Origin: Eledone cirrhosa
Lineage: Eukaryota
Assembly (NCBI GenBank): GCA_964016885.1
Contig: OZ024766.1
Coordinates: 14,880,001 to 14,944,000 of the forward strand
Direction: 5' to 3'
DNA length: 64,000 nucleotides
A model generated the notes under the pieces. It was not told where the DNA came from. It saw only the letters and a program-made list of their open reading frames with translations, and made no database searches. This document shows, in pieces, positions 27,173 to 43,400 of the stretch; position 1 is the first letter of the stretch, and every line of letters starts with the position of its first letter. The translations under genes and the position numbers were made by a program.

Positions 27173-30100
27173 TCATCATCATCATCATTTTACGTCCGCT
27201 CTTCCCTGCTTGCAAGGGTGGGACGGGTCCTATTCAGCACAGCATCTCTATTGTCACGGTCCTTCAGCGGTCACCACCTCCGCCCATGTTTTTCGTGGTC
27301 TACCTCTACTACGTCTTCCTTCAACTGGCATTTTCTGGCACTTCTTCACCCATCGGTCATCCCCCATGCGCATCACATGTCCATACCACCTCAGTCTCCT
27401 CTCTCGAACACTACATTCTATCCCTCTCAGACACAGTTTCTCTCTCAACACATCACATGTCCATACCACCGCAGACTCCTCTCTCACACACTACAGCCTA
27501 TCCCTCTTAGACACAGTTTCTCTCTCAACACATTCATGCTGAGTCGTTCACGCACATTTACACGGCACATCCAATGGAGCATGCTTGCCTCATTTCTCTC
27601 CAGCCGTGGCATATCCTCTGCAGTTGCTGCCCATGTCTCACTACCATGCAGCATCGCGCTCCACACACAGGCATCATATAACCGGCCTTTCGTACGCAGG
27701 GAGAAACCCTTCTTCGTCAGCAGAGGAAGCAGCTCCCTAAACTTCTTCCAACCCGTCCTTATTCTAGATACTATGGCCTCGGAACACCCTCCTCCCATGC
27801 TAATCTGATCTCCTAGGGACCGGAAACTATCCACCACTTCTCTAGCAGCCGCCTGCATTTGAAAAATGTGTCTATCAATGCGACTTCTACTGTCTAATTT
27901 CCCTGTACATCTACTGCATACATATTTCTCCCTACCTGTTAGTTTGCCTGCTATCCCGCTACATCTCTTGTGTACCTAGGATCTGCATTGTGTGCATTTT
28001 ATAGAATTTATGCCAGTTCCTTTTCTGCATATCGAACATGGCATTTCCCTGACGGAATCAGGGTTTTGTCCTCTTTTCTACTCATCAACACTTTTGTCTT
28101 AGCTAGATTTACTCTCAGTCCTCTTGCTCCCAACTGCTGTTTCCATAGCCAGAATTTATTCTCTAGCTCCTCTACTGATTCTGCTATAATAACCAGATCG
28201 TCAGCATAGAGAAGTTCCCATGGACAGTCAGTCTTAAACTCCTCTGTTATGGCTTGGAGGACTATAATGAACAAGAGCTGGCTGAGGACCAAACCTTGAT
28301 GTACTCCTACTTGTATCTGGAATTCCTCACTAAACTCCATTCCTACCCAGACTTTACTGAGAGTACCTCTGTACAAAGTTTGCACTGTCCTCACATGCCA
28401 TTCCTCAACACCTAGTTTCCTTAGGGACCACCAGATGACAGATGGGGGTACCCTATCAAAGGCCTTCTCTAGGTCAACAAAGGCTAAGTATAGTGGCTTA
28501 TGTTTTTCTAAGAACCTCTCTTGCAATTGTCTCACCAAGAAGAGGGCATTTTTTGTACTCTTCCCAGGCACAAAACCAAACTGCATCTCATCTAGTTTGA
28601 CCCTTTCTCTAATTAGTTATTCTAATATCTTTTCTGCCACTTTTATAACCTGATCCATCAGTTTTATACCCCTATAATTGCTCCTCTCCAGAGCATCCCC
28701 TTTACCTTTGTAGCAATTTATGAGAATACTGTTGCACCAGTCTTTGGGCATGACACCACTATATATAGCCTGATTGATGATGCGTGCAACCAGTTTAGTG
28801 CCTACGTCCCCTGATGCCTTCATCATCTCAGCAACTATTCCCAATGGTCTAGTAGCCTTACCATTTTTCATTTCCTTAATCGCCTCTTGAACCCTATATT
28901 CGTCAAACTCAATAGCTGGTCTCTCTGTCGGATCTACCAAGGGTAATTTCTCTCTCTCCCATTCGTTCTCCACATTCATCAGTCTCTCATAATGACATTT
29001 CCAGGCCTCCTTTTTCTGATCATTCGTGACACTAAGTACACCGGCATCATTCCGGACACATTTATCTCCAACAACATCCTGATTTGCATTGACACACTGC
29101 CTTGCAATGTGGAACGCCGCACGCCTCTGATCTTCCCGTCGCAGAACATTGGCAAACCTTCTACTCTCAGCCTCTATGCATGCTAAGTACACCTGACGTC
29201 TAGCTTCTCTCTTAGTGGCTGTATATTCTTCCCTACTCCCACACTTTTTCAAAGCATTCCATGCTAGTCTTTTGTCTCTAATGGCCTTATCTACTGTGCT
29301 GTTCCACCACCAGGTCACTCTCTGTCTGGTTGGAGCTCTGCTCCAGCCACAAGTTTCATCAGTAGCCTGCAGTAAGTTGTCACGTAAGAAATTCCAGTTA
29401 TTATCTATGTCATACGTCTCTAAATCGTTTTCTTTTTCGTCATATACATCTTGAAGGGCTTTCCTAAATTTGTATTTTAGTGAAAGGTCTTTTAGCTTCC
29501 AGACCTTTCTTCTCCACACCTTCCTGTATGTCTCATTCCATCTCTTGCTTTCTGAGATATCACTAACGACTAACCTATGCTGTGGGGTACATTCTTCCCC
29601 ATGGTATGCCTTGGTATTAGACACTATCTGCCTGTCCCGTTGCCTAACTAGTAAGAAGTCAATCTGGCTTATGTGCTTGCCTGATTTGTAGGTTATTAGG
29701 TGATTGGCAGGTTTCTGGAAGTTTGTGTTGCAAATAGTCAGTGTATTTGCATCACAAAATTCAAGAAGTCTCACTCCTTCTTCATTTCTTGAGCCGTAAC
29801 CGTGCCCACAATGTACCCCAGTGTAACCATCCTGGAGCTGTCCAACATGACCATTGAAGTCTCCTGCTAGCATAACGATGTCTCCGTCCTCTGTCATTGC
29901 GGTTGTTTGTAAAAGTTGCTCGTAAAAGCAGTCTTTCTTATCTTTGCCTAGGCCTGCTTGGGGAGCATAGGCTCAGATGATTGTCAGTAGTCTCCTGCCT
30001 ACAACTAATCTAAGCTTAATTATTCGATTACTAACTCGAACTACCTCTATTGTCTTATTGATCCATCTCTCAGCCATGAAAATGCCTACTCCCCCTAACC

Positions 30101-30440
30101 CACCATCCTTACCTACCCAGAAAAGCTTATAACTAAGTGTTTGCCTACGACTAGTCTCGCAGAGGCACCTCTCCATCTCACCTCTTGCACGCAGCACACA
30201 TCCACATGCCTTCTCTCCAGCATCTCCGCTATTTCAGCAGATCTACCTCTCAGAGTGCCAACATTAAGTGTTGCAACTCTGAGATGCGACGTCTTCATAT
30301 TTTGTTGTTGTTCCTATTTGTTGCTGTGCTGATAAGCGTGTTGGCATTGATACACTGGTTGGATGCCCTTCCTAACACCAGCGTCACTTTACAGCATTGA
30401 CTGGGTGCTTTTCTTTGTGCCACCAGCACTAGAGAGGATG
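27173..30440 (-). mobile_element. Near full-length RTE LINE (family A), frameshifted and with stops
   Basis: APE (ATLNVGTLRGR..CCVQEVRW; AGDFNGHVG; SQIDFLLVR), RT (QFGFVPGKST; AFVDLEKAFDRVP; LLYADDLV), C-terminal RLRWYGHV..RGRPRKTW and (GAT)n tail. Small internal duplication at ~27380-27530. Confidence 0.95.
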
Positions 30441-30702
30441 TCTTACTAGACTCAAGGGCCCTCTCTACCTCTCCATTTTACAACATGGTCATAAGAAACA
30501 AAACAAAAAAAAACACTTATTGACATGACACGCACACACACACACCAACACTCGTGCATAGAAACTACAAACACACACACCACTCACACACCAACACTCA
30601 TTCATGCATACAAACACACACACCACTCACACACACATATATATATATATTACCAGCAGTACTGATACAAAATCAAAATCATGTCAACTATTGACTTTTC
30701 CC

Positions 30703-31200
30703 ATGGTGGTGGTGGTGGTGGTGGATGGTGTCAGTGATGGTGATGGTGGTGGTGGTGGTAGTGGGGGAGGTGGTGGATGGTGTCAGTGATGGTGATGGTG
30801 GTGGATGGTGGATGGTGGCGGTGGTAGTAGTGGTGGTGATGAGGGTGGTGGATGGTGGTGATGGCGGTGGTGGTGGATGGTGTCAGTGATGGTGATGGTG
30901 GATGGTGCTAGTGATGGTGGCGGTGGTAGTAGTGGTGGTGATGAGGGTGGTGGATGGTGGTGATGGCGGTGGTGGTGGATGGTGTCAGTAATGATGGTGG
31001 TGGTGGTGGATGGTGCTAGTGATGGTGGCGGTGGTAGTAGTGGTGGTGATGAGGGTGGTGGATGGTGGTGATGGCGGTGGTGCTGGACGGTGCCAGTGAT
31101 GGTGGTGGTTGTGGTGGTGGATGGTGCCAGGGATGGTGGTTGTGGTGGTGGTGAAGGTGGTGGATGGTGTCAGTATGGTGATGGTGGTGGCAGTTGTTGT
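30703..31200. repeat. GGT-rich minisatellite
   Basis: Degenerate repeats of ggtggatggtgtcagtgat and ggtggtgatgag. Confidence 0.85.
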
Positions 31201-31446
31201 TGCTGTAGTTGTTATTGTAGTTGCTGTTGTTGTTTTTGATGCTGCTGCTGCCGTTGTTGTTGTTCTTCATTTCACTGAAGCTGCAGACAATGGTGCTGTT
31301 GCTGTTATTGTAGTCACATATATATAAATACATACATACACACACATTCAACACAGACAATGGTGTTGTTGCTGTTGCTGCTGCTGCTGCTGCTGCTGCC
31401 GTTGTTGCTGTTCTTCATTTCACCGATGCTGTTGCTGTTATTATAG

Positions 31447-31496
<50 letters not shown>

Positions 31497-31499
31497 TTG

Positions 31500-32856
31500 T
31501 AACACCCACGTCCCGTAGGGCCTACATAGGGTTAACCGCCAATAGTTTCAAGCAGCGTCTTTACATGCATACCCATTCTTTTCGTTACCCTCTAAGAAGG
31601 AATGTGACGTCACTTTCAGCTTATATCTGGAGTCTAAAAGACAACCACACCCAATATAAGTTACACTGGGAGATCCTAGCTAGGGCTAGATCGTATAACG
31701 GAAATAAAAGACCATGTGACCTCTGCGCCGCTGAGGCCCTGGAAATACTCTACGCCACAGACCACATCTTAAACAAAAAATCTGAGGCAATTTCGGCTTG
31801 TAAACATAAATTGCACAAAACTTTCCTGTATTACAGCCCCACATTATACCCTAATGGATAGTACGATCTATACGCGGATATTTTACGTCTTGATGTGGGA
31901 GCTAAGTATATGTTTTGTTTATTCCTTTACTTATTTGCATAGGTAAGTATATATTACCCGTATGTTTTGTGAAGGTATGTATACCTTCTCGTACGTATAT
32001 TTGACTGTTACGGCGTATAATTTTTACATATTCTGGTATTTAGGGTTTGGTTATGTGTATATGGGAGTTTTGCGTCTGCGTGAGTATGCAGGTTCGTACG
32101 TATGGTGGGTGTGTGTATATGTGTACTTCTTGTTTTAGTTGACTTACGTCTCCGAACCTTCGTGTATTTATTTGTAGGTATGTGTGTGCACTTGTTATAT
32201 ACGTATTTATTTACTTATATACGTTTATATAATTATTTATTTATTTGTACACAAGCATACACACGTACACATATTTATATGTGCGTGGTTTTGTATACCT
32301 ATGGTAAGGTTTTGCGTATGCTTGTGTATGTACGTATCTGTTTGCGCGTATGTATTTATTTGTTTCTATTACTTCTGTATTGTATTTATTTACTTTGTTC
32401 TTAACTCTGTAGCGGAGATTCATTCGGTCTCCTAGTTAGAATTTTAGTCTACAACTTCTGCTATACCATTTACGTGGTTTTGTCTTTGCGTGCTATTGTT
32501 CTCCACGCTCCACATATGACGTATTATCTTCGTTTTTTCCGTTCATTGCCAGAGAACGTCTCTATGCACCACTTAGAGAACATTAGTCTACGACCTCTTT
32601 TATACCATAAACGTGGTTCTGTCTTTGCGCGTAATTGTTTTTCACCGCTCCTATTAATGACGTATTATTCGTTTTTCCCCGTTCTTTGCCAGCGAACGTC
32701 ACCATGAACCAAAGTATCGTCTTCCTGTCTTCCTCCGGTTGCAACGTTTTTTGAAATATCCAGTACTGCGTTTACAGATTGACTTTGTTAGTTTCAGAAG
32801 ATCCCGTTAAGGGTGAAAGCAGTGATTCTTTGCTTAAACTTTAATCTGTTATTTTA

Positions 32857-32860
<4 letters not shown>
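31500..32860 (+). mobile_element. Penelope-like element 3' fragment (GIY-YIG endonuclease + 3' region)
   Basis: AYIGLTANSFKQRLYMHTHSFRY..TSLSAYIWSLKD..HWEILARARSY..CDLCAAE..LNKKSEAISACKH. Confidence 0.85.
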
Positions 32861-35866
<3,006 letters not shown>

Positions 35867-35898
35867 AGAACAAAAGATGGTTAAAAGAGTTCCATGTA

Positions 35899-35965
35899 TT
35901 TTATTATGCGCATTTCAAAAACAAATATCATCATGCAATAATATTTGTGTTTTCATCAGATAAAA
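35899..35965 (-). ncRNA. Type I hammerhead ribozyme
   Basis: Minus strand: ttttat-CTGATGA-aaacacaaatatta..tgatatttgttttt-GAA-ATGCGCAT(palindrome)-A-ataaaa. Confidence 0.82.
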
Positions 35966-36179
35966 GAGGAAGACATGATATGAAGGTTAAAAAACACTTG
36001 TGGATAGTGCAGTTTTAAATCAACATATGAAAAGTAGTTTTAGATTGATGTGCGATATTGGGAAAAATATTTTATTTTGAGGGTGGGGTGGGGGTTTGGA
36101 AAGGATGAAAAAGAGGAGGAGATGAGAGTAAAAAGTGGAGAGGGAGAAGTATAATGAGGAAGGATGAGATAGGAGGAGA

Positions 36180-36306
36180 GATGGGTGATAGAGAGAGAGA
36201 GAGATAGCTTTTATAACTGAGAAAGATATATTGTTTTACATAAACAATATATGTAAAACAATATATCTTTCTCAGTTATAAAAGCTATCTCTCTCTATCA
36301 CCCATC
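36180..36306. repeat. Hairpin/inverted repeat (~60-bp arms) between two divergent hammerheads
   Basis: gatgggtgatagagag..tagcttttataactgagaaagatatattgttttacat / atgtaaaacaatatatctttctcagttataaaagcta..ctctatcacccatc. Confidence 0.9.
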
Positions 36307-36755
36307 AGATTTTTTTATGTATCCTTGGAGTCTTTTGAGTTCTAACTTCCTTTATATTTCCTTACTGTTTTTATAATATAATTAAGTAGTTAATCTTATT
36401 TCTTATTTCACTTCGTTAATCTTATTTCTTGTTTCACTTCTTTCACTTAGATATATTTACGCTATATTTCTCCATTAAAACTTATTTCTTCATTCATTCT
36501 GACTATATCCACTATCACTATGTATAATCGTTCTTTCTTTCCTCTTCTCTCTTTTCTTTTTTTCTCTTTCCCTTACATATCATCTTCTTCCAACAGTTTA
36601 ATTTAAATAAACCGTTATCTTCTCAACTTTTCGGACACTCACTCATAACTTTGTATCACCCTCAATAAAATATTATCTCCACTATCCAGGAAGCTCCAAC
36701 CGTTAAGGTTGTTTTTTTTCCTGGTATGTCAATATTTATTTATAAAACAAATCTG

Positions 36756-36821
36756 TATTTTATCTGATGAAAGCGCACCATAATTTGCCTTGGTTGCCCT
36801 TGAAATATGTATAATAAAATA
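36756..36821 (+). ncRNA. Type I hammerhead ribozyme
   Basis: tattttat-CTGATGA-aagcgcacca..tggttgccctt-GAA-ATATGTAT-A-ataaaata; flanks paralogous to 3218-3330 and 47400-47530. Confidence 0.82.
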
Positions 36822-36892
36822 AATATGGTTTTATAAATATAGTTTCCATTTATTAATATATTGTATAAATATATATATATAAATATATACGC

Positions 36893-36924
<32 letters not shown>

Positions 36925-37315
36925 TTATATAAATATATATATATATATTTATATAAATATATATATATATATTTCGAATACCTGTTGATGTCACCGGATT
37001 CATACGGAACCCGGTCATTGAAATGATCATAGTATAATAAACCTTTCAAGGATTTACACAAATCCAGCCTCCTGTCATTTCATTATAATATTTAACTCCG
37101 TAATAGCACCACCAACTACAAAAACAAAGACGGTTGAACTGCTTTACGTTGAGTACTCTCTATATTATTGCATTACGATTGACTATACGGAATAGACCAG
37201 CTCTATACAGTGGTGAACCTCAAACCTGAATATATATATATATATATATATATTAGAAAGTGGGGTTTTTTTTTACAAAATGAAAAATAACCGAGGTGTC
37301 CTACACGAGTGGAAG

Positions 37316-39072
37316 TATAAAGAAAAAGGGATGAAATCGAAAATGCAACTGAAGTCTTATTTTTTTAAAAAATATATATATTTATTTGGTTCCTTTACCG
37401 GTTTCGCAGTTCTTCTGCTTTTCAAAAGGTGAGTTGAGATGGAGGGTCTGTGGTTTTTCTCACATCTGGTTGGTCTCTAAATGTTACTTGTTTTATATGG
37501 AAAAAGTGGCTCGAAAACCAGGTTTTTCGAGAAGTAATTTGATTGGTTTGTCAATAATTATAATAAATTTCGTGCCAGTTCGCATTACAATAGTTCTTCA
37601 AATAAGAGAGGGGGGGGGGGGGTTGTCACAGGTTGTTTTTTCATATATGAGTGTTTGAATTTCTTTTTACTTGAAAAAATGAGGCTCACGAAGGCTTTTT
37701 TTTTGGTTGGTTATAAATGAAATTTGGCTGTCACGTGGCTGTTACGAGATCCAACCACGAGACAGATACCACTAAGTGCACATCTAGACATTTGCGCAAG
37801 TAATAAGACACCCAAATTCCAAGTCTTCCCATTTTACCTTTGCGCTAACAATACAACAGAACAAATGCGAATAAATAAGGAAAATATGTTTATTCAAAAA
37901 TATAGACCAACATTAAATAAGGTTTAATATACATTATGTCAACACCACAATATGACATACACACACACACATAACACCTTCTACTTTAGAAAATAAAAAC
38001 CCGAACTAAATAAACCTTAAACATACGTTTGCACTGGCAATACAACAGCAAACACGAAAAAGTCAGGAAAATATGTTCATTCAAAAATATTCCTACTAAA
38101 GGAATAATTTTCCTACACACACACACACACACAATATATATATATATATATATTCTCTTCATCTTAACATGCTAACCATACTCCCACACACATAACACCC
38201 ATACACACACATAACAACCCCCACACCTACAACACCCTCCCCATTTCTACTAATAGAACCACTTTCCTACACACATATATATATACACACACACAAAATA
38301 TATATTCTCTCTATCTAACATACTCGCACACACACACATAACACCCATATACACACACACACAACTCCCTCCCCCATCTCTACTAATAGAATCATCTTCC
38401 AATACACACATACACACACACACACATATACACACACACAAGCACACAAATAAACACATATCTTCAGTCTCAATAGAAAATCTGAACTCTGACATCTGAA
38501 CTCTGACAGCTGGCCATATTCACTGAACCAGAACATTTCTCCCAATCCCTTTTCCCTTGACCACTATCTCTCCATTGTCATAACATTCACTATAAAGACT
38601 ACAGAATAGTTTTCCAAATAAGGGCGCAAAAATGTAATGAAAACTTGTTCATGTGACAGCCAAATTTCATTTATAACCAACCAAAAAAAAGCCTTCGTGA
38701 GCCTCATTTTTTCAAGTAAAAAGAAATTCAAACACTCATATATGAAAAAACAACCTGTGACAACCCCCCCCCCCCCCCCTCTCTTATTTGAAGAACTATT
38801 GTAACGCGAACTGGCGCGCAATTTATTATAATTATTGACAAACCAATCAAATTACTTCTCGAAAAACCTGGTTTTCGAGCCACTTTTTCCATATAAAACA
38901 AGTAACATTTAGAGACCAACCAGATGTGAGAAAAACCACAGACCCTCCATCTCAACTCACCTTTTGAAAAGCAGAAGAACTGCGAAACCGGTAAAGGAAC
39001 CAAATAAATATATATATTTTTTAAAAAAATAAGACTTCAGTTGCATTTTCGATTTCATCCCTTTTTCTTTAT
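37316..39072 (+). mobile_element. Penelope-like element: inverted pLTR + GIY-YIG C-terminus + pLTR
   Basis: ~420-bp inverted repeats (37316-37734 and 38652-39072) flank RDPTTRQIPLSAHLDIC..RINKENMFIQKYRPTLN*. Each arm holds a hammerhead-shaped motif with a mutated core. Confidence 0.85.
38960..38997 (+). ncRNA. Degenerate minimal hammerhead (mirror at 37392-37429, minus)
   Basis: cctt-TTGAAAA(for CTGAAGA)-gcag aagaa ctgc-GAA-ACCGGT-A-aagg. All three stems are intact; the core has two transitions. Confidence 0.6.
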
Positions 39073-40465
39073 ATATATATATATATACATATACATAGAT
39101 ACACATATGTAGATATACGTGTGTGTGTGTATATATATTTTCATATATATATATATATATACATGTATACAGGGCTTCGTTTTCCTTTAAAATGTGAGGA
39201 GGACAAACCAACATTTGTTGGTCCTTAAAGGGACATGTTAGTATTACTTATAGTCCTTTCCCGGATCCTATCACATGATTAACATTTTACACTAATTAAA
39301 TTGGATAACCCATATATATATATGTGTGTGTGTGTGTGCGTGTATATATGTATCTGCCTGACATATATATACTGGTTACAGACACACACACACATCTATA
39401 TATATATATGTAGTTGTAGTTCCTGTCTGTTTGTTTGTTCACAAACTCCCCCTATGGTTTTGGAGATAGACCCCCCCCCCCCGCCCATAACCATATATAC
39501 TCTGAAACTACATTGCCCAGGGTACTTGACTAAGTATATTTCATTTTAATCAAACGGTTCCCCGGGGGTTCAAAACCCCGCTGAAAATGTTTTCTCTTTG
39601 ATTTAAATGATGCCTATTCACAAAATTTCAGCAAATTTCAATAATATTAAGACACCCTAATGGGGGTTAAACCCCCTATAGTGAAAATGTTGGGCAATAA
39701 ATGGTAATCTTGGTGCCTTTCCCGGACCCTATCACATGAGTAACATTTTACACTAATTAAATTTTATATATTCCAATGAAGTTCAGATATTAAAAAAGTA
39801 AGTTTAAAAAATTTTATTATATAAAAAAAAAAAAAAATGTTCAATTTTTAGCAAATGGGCACCTATCTGTTAGGTGACAATTGCAGTTTGAGGTGTTATT
39901 CCGTGCAGCTTCCACACTGCTGTTTTGTACACTGCTATAAGTGGGTTGTGATTCGTGCCCGTTGAGGTTTTGCTGCGGCGTGCTTGTATGCGTTTGCGGT
40001 TGTGATACTGTGATGTGTTTATGTTTAGAATTTGGTGCTATGTTGCGCATAGGTGGGGCGGTCTCCCTGGAGGTATTTCTGTGGTTGATCTTGCGTATGT
40101 GGGATTCTATATTTGCAGCCGTAGAGTATGAGAGTTTTATAGTTTTTCTATTGAGGATTTTATGATATCTGTGTGATATAGGGAAGTGTTTAGCTATTAG
40201 TTTAAAAAACGTAGAAGGCAGTCTAGTTTTTACAGAGCAGTTGAAGATTGGATTGAACCACAGGTATTTTCTTTCTCTAATTCTTCTATAGTTTCCAGGG
40301 TTTACATTATTCGTGTTTGGACCACCTACTCTAGGTGCTACGTGCCTACCCCTATGTCTAGTCCTGTTACCTCTATTTTTGTGTGAGCGGTTGGTGTCAG
40401 TGTTAGTGGGTTTGTTTGAGTTGTCCTTATCCGTTTTAAACTGTAACTTTTCTTTGTGTCCGGCC

Positions 40466-43400
40466 CTATGTAATGCTGCGTTATAATAGTTAGCATGCTA
40501 TGTATAATAGTTAGCATGCTATGTAATGCTGCGTTATAATAGTTAGCATGCTATGTAATGCTGCGTTATAATAGTTAGCATGCTATGTATAATAGTTAGC
40601 ATGCTATGTATAATAGTTAGCATGCTATGTATAATAGTTAGCATGCTATGTAATGCTGCGTTATAATAGTTAGCATGCTATGTATAATAGTTAGCATGCT
40701 ATGTATAATAGTTAGCATGCTATGTATAATAGTTAGCATGCTATGTAATGCTGCGTTATAATAGTTAGCATGCTATGTATAATAGTTAGCATGCTATGTT
40801 ATAATAGTTAGCATGCTATGTATAATAGTTAGCATGCTATGTTATAATAGTTAGCATGCTATGTATAATAGTTAGCATGCTATGTTATAATAGTTAGCAT
40901 GCTATGTATAATAGTTAGCATGCTATGTATAATAGTTAGCATGCTATGTATAATAGTTAGCATGCTATGTAATGCCGCGTTATAATAGTTAGCATGCTAT
41001 GTTATAATAGTTAGCATGCTATGTATAATAGTTAGCATGCTATGTTATAATAGTTAGCATGCTATGTATAATAGTTAGCATGCTATGTATAATAGTTAGC
41101 ATGCTATGTTATAATAGTTAGCATGCTATGTATAATAGTTAGCATGCTATGTATAATAGTTAGCATGCTATGTATAATAGTTAGCATGCTATGTAATGCC
41201 GCGTTATAATAGTTAGCATGCTATGTATAATAGTTAGCATGCTATGTATAATAGTTAGCATGCTATGTAATGCTGCGTTATAATAGTTAGCATGCTATGT
41301 TATAATAGTTAGCATGCTATGTATAATAGTTAGCATGCTATGTATAATAGTTAGCATGCTATGTATAATAGTTAGCATGCTATGTAATGCCGCGTTATAA
41401 TAGTTAGCATGCTATGTATAATAGTTAGCATGCTATGTATAATAGTTAGCATGCTATGTAATGCTGCGTTATAATAGTTAGCATGCTATGTTATAATAGT
41501 TAGCATGCTATGTATAATAGTTAGCATGCTATGTATAATAGTTAGCATGCTATGTATAATAGTTAGCATGCTATGTAATGCCGCGTTATAATAGTTAGCA
41601 TGCTATGTTATAATAGTTAGCATGCTATGTAATGCTGCGTTATAATAGTTAGCATGCTATGTATAATAGTTAGCATGCTATGTATAATAGTTAGCATGCT
41701 ATGTTATAATAGTTAGCATGCTATGTATAATAGTTAGCATGCTATGTATAATAGTTAGCAAGCTATGTATAATAGTTAGCATGCTATGTATAATAGTTAG
41801 CATGCTATGTAATGCCGCGTTATAATAGTTAGCATGCTATGTATAATAGTTAGCATGCTATGTATAATAGTTAGCATGCTATGTATAATAGTTAGCATGC
41901 TATGTAATGCCGCGTTATAATAGTTAGCATGCTATGTATAATAGTTAGCATGCTATGTATAATAGTTAGCATGCTATGTAATGCTGCGTTATAATAGTTA
42001 GCATGCTATGTTATAATAGTTAGCATGCTATGTATAATAGTTAGCATGCTATGTATAATAGTTAGCATGCTATGTATAATAGTTAGCATGCTATGTAATG
42101 CCGCGTTATAATAGTTAGCATGCTATGTTATAATAGTTAGCATGCTATGTAATGCTGCGTTATAATAGTTAGCATGCTATGTATAATAGTTAGCATGCTA
42201 TGTATAATAGTTAGCATGCTATGTTATAATAGTTAGCATGCTATGTATAATAGTTAGCATGCTATGTATAATAGTTAGCATGCTATGTATAATAGTTAGC
42301 ATGCTATGTATAATAGTTAGCATGCTATGTAATGCCGCGTTATAATAGTTAGCATGCTATGTATAATAGTTAGCATGATATAGTTAGCATGCTATGTTAT
42401 AATAGTTAGCATGCTATGTATAATAGTTAGCATGCTATGTTATAATAGTTAGCATGCTATGTAATGTCGCATTATAATAGTTAGCATGCTATGTATAATA
42501 GTTAGCATGCTATGTATAATAGTTAGCATGCTATGTTATAATAGTTAGCATGCTATGTATAATAGTTAGCATGCTATGTATAATAGTTAGCATGCTATGT
42601 TATAATAGTTAGCATGCTATGTATAATAGTTAGCATGCTATGTATAATAGTTAGCATGCTATGTTATAATAGTTAGCATGCTATGTATAATAGTTAGCAT
42701 GCTATGTTATAATAGTTAGCATGCTATGTATAATAGTTAGCATGCTATGTATAATAGTTAGCATGCTATGTAATGCCGCGTTATAATAGTTAGCATGCTA
42801 TGTATAATAGTTAGCATGCTATGTATAATAGTTAGCATGCTATGTAATGCCGCGTTATAATAGTTAGCATGCTATGTATAATAGTTAGCATGCTATGTAA
42901 TGCCGCGTTATAATAGTTAGCATGCTATGTATAATAGTTAGCATGCTATGTATAATAGTTAGCATGCTATGTATAATAGTTAGCATGCTATGTATAATAG
43001 TTAGCATGCTATGTATAATAGTTAGCATGCTATGTATAATAGTTAGCATGCTATGTATAATAGTTAGCATGCTATGTATAATAGTTAGCATGCTATGTAT
43101 AATAGTTAGCATGCTATGTATAATAGTTAGCATGCTATGTAATGCCGCGTTATAATAGTTAGCATGCTATGTATAATAGTTAGCATGCTATGTATAATAG
43201 TTAGCATGCTATGTATAATAGTTAGCATGCTATGTATAATAGTTAGCATGCTATGTAATGCCGCGTTATAATAGTTAGCATGCTATGTATAATAGTTAGC
43301 ATGCTATGTATAATAGTTAGCATGCTATGTAATGCCGCGTTATAATAGTTAGCATGCTATGTATAATAGTTAGCATGCTATGTAATGCCGCGTTATAATA

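Noticed and set aside
32785-32835. Hammerhead-like 'cagaagatcccgttaagggtgaaagc' at the end of the PLE fragment
   Set aside because: The core is mutated and I could not identify convincing stems I and III. It is at most a relic.
39168-39830. Possible DNA transposon with a 45-bp direct repeat (39257, 39718)
   Set aside because: No matching second terminus or TSD was found, so it could not be classified.
42885-43155. MLTIIHS / MLCIIVS repeat proteins
   Set aside because: These come from a run of pure 21-bp satellite units; the frame is broken by the 22- and 32-bp units.
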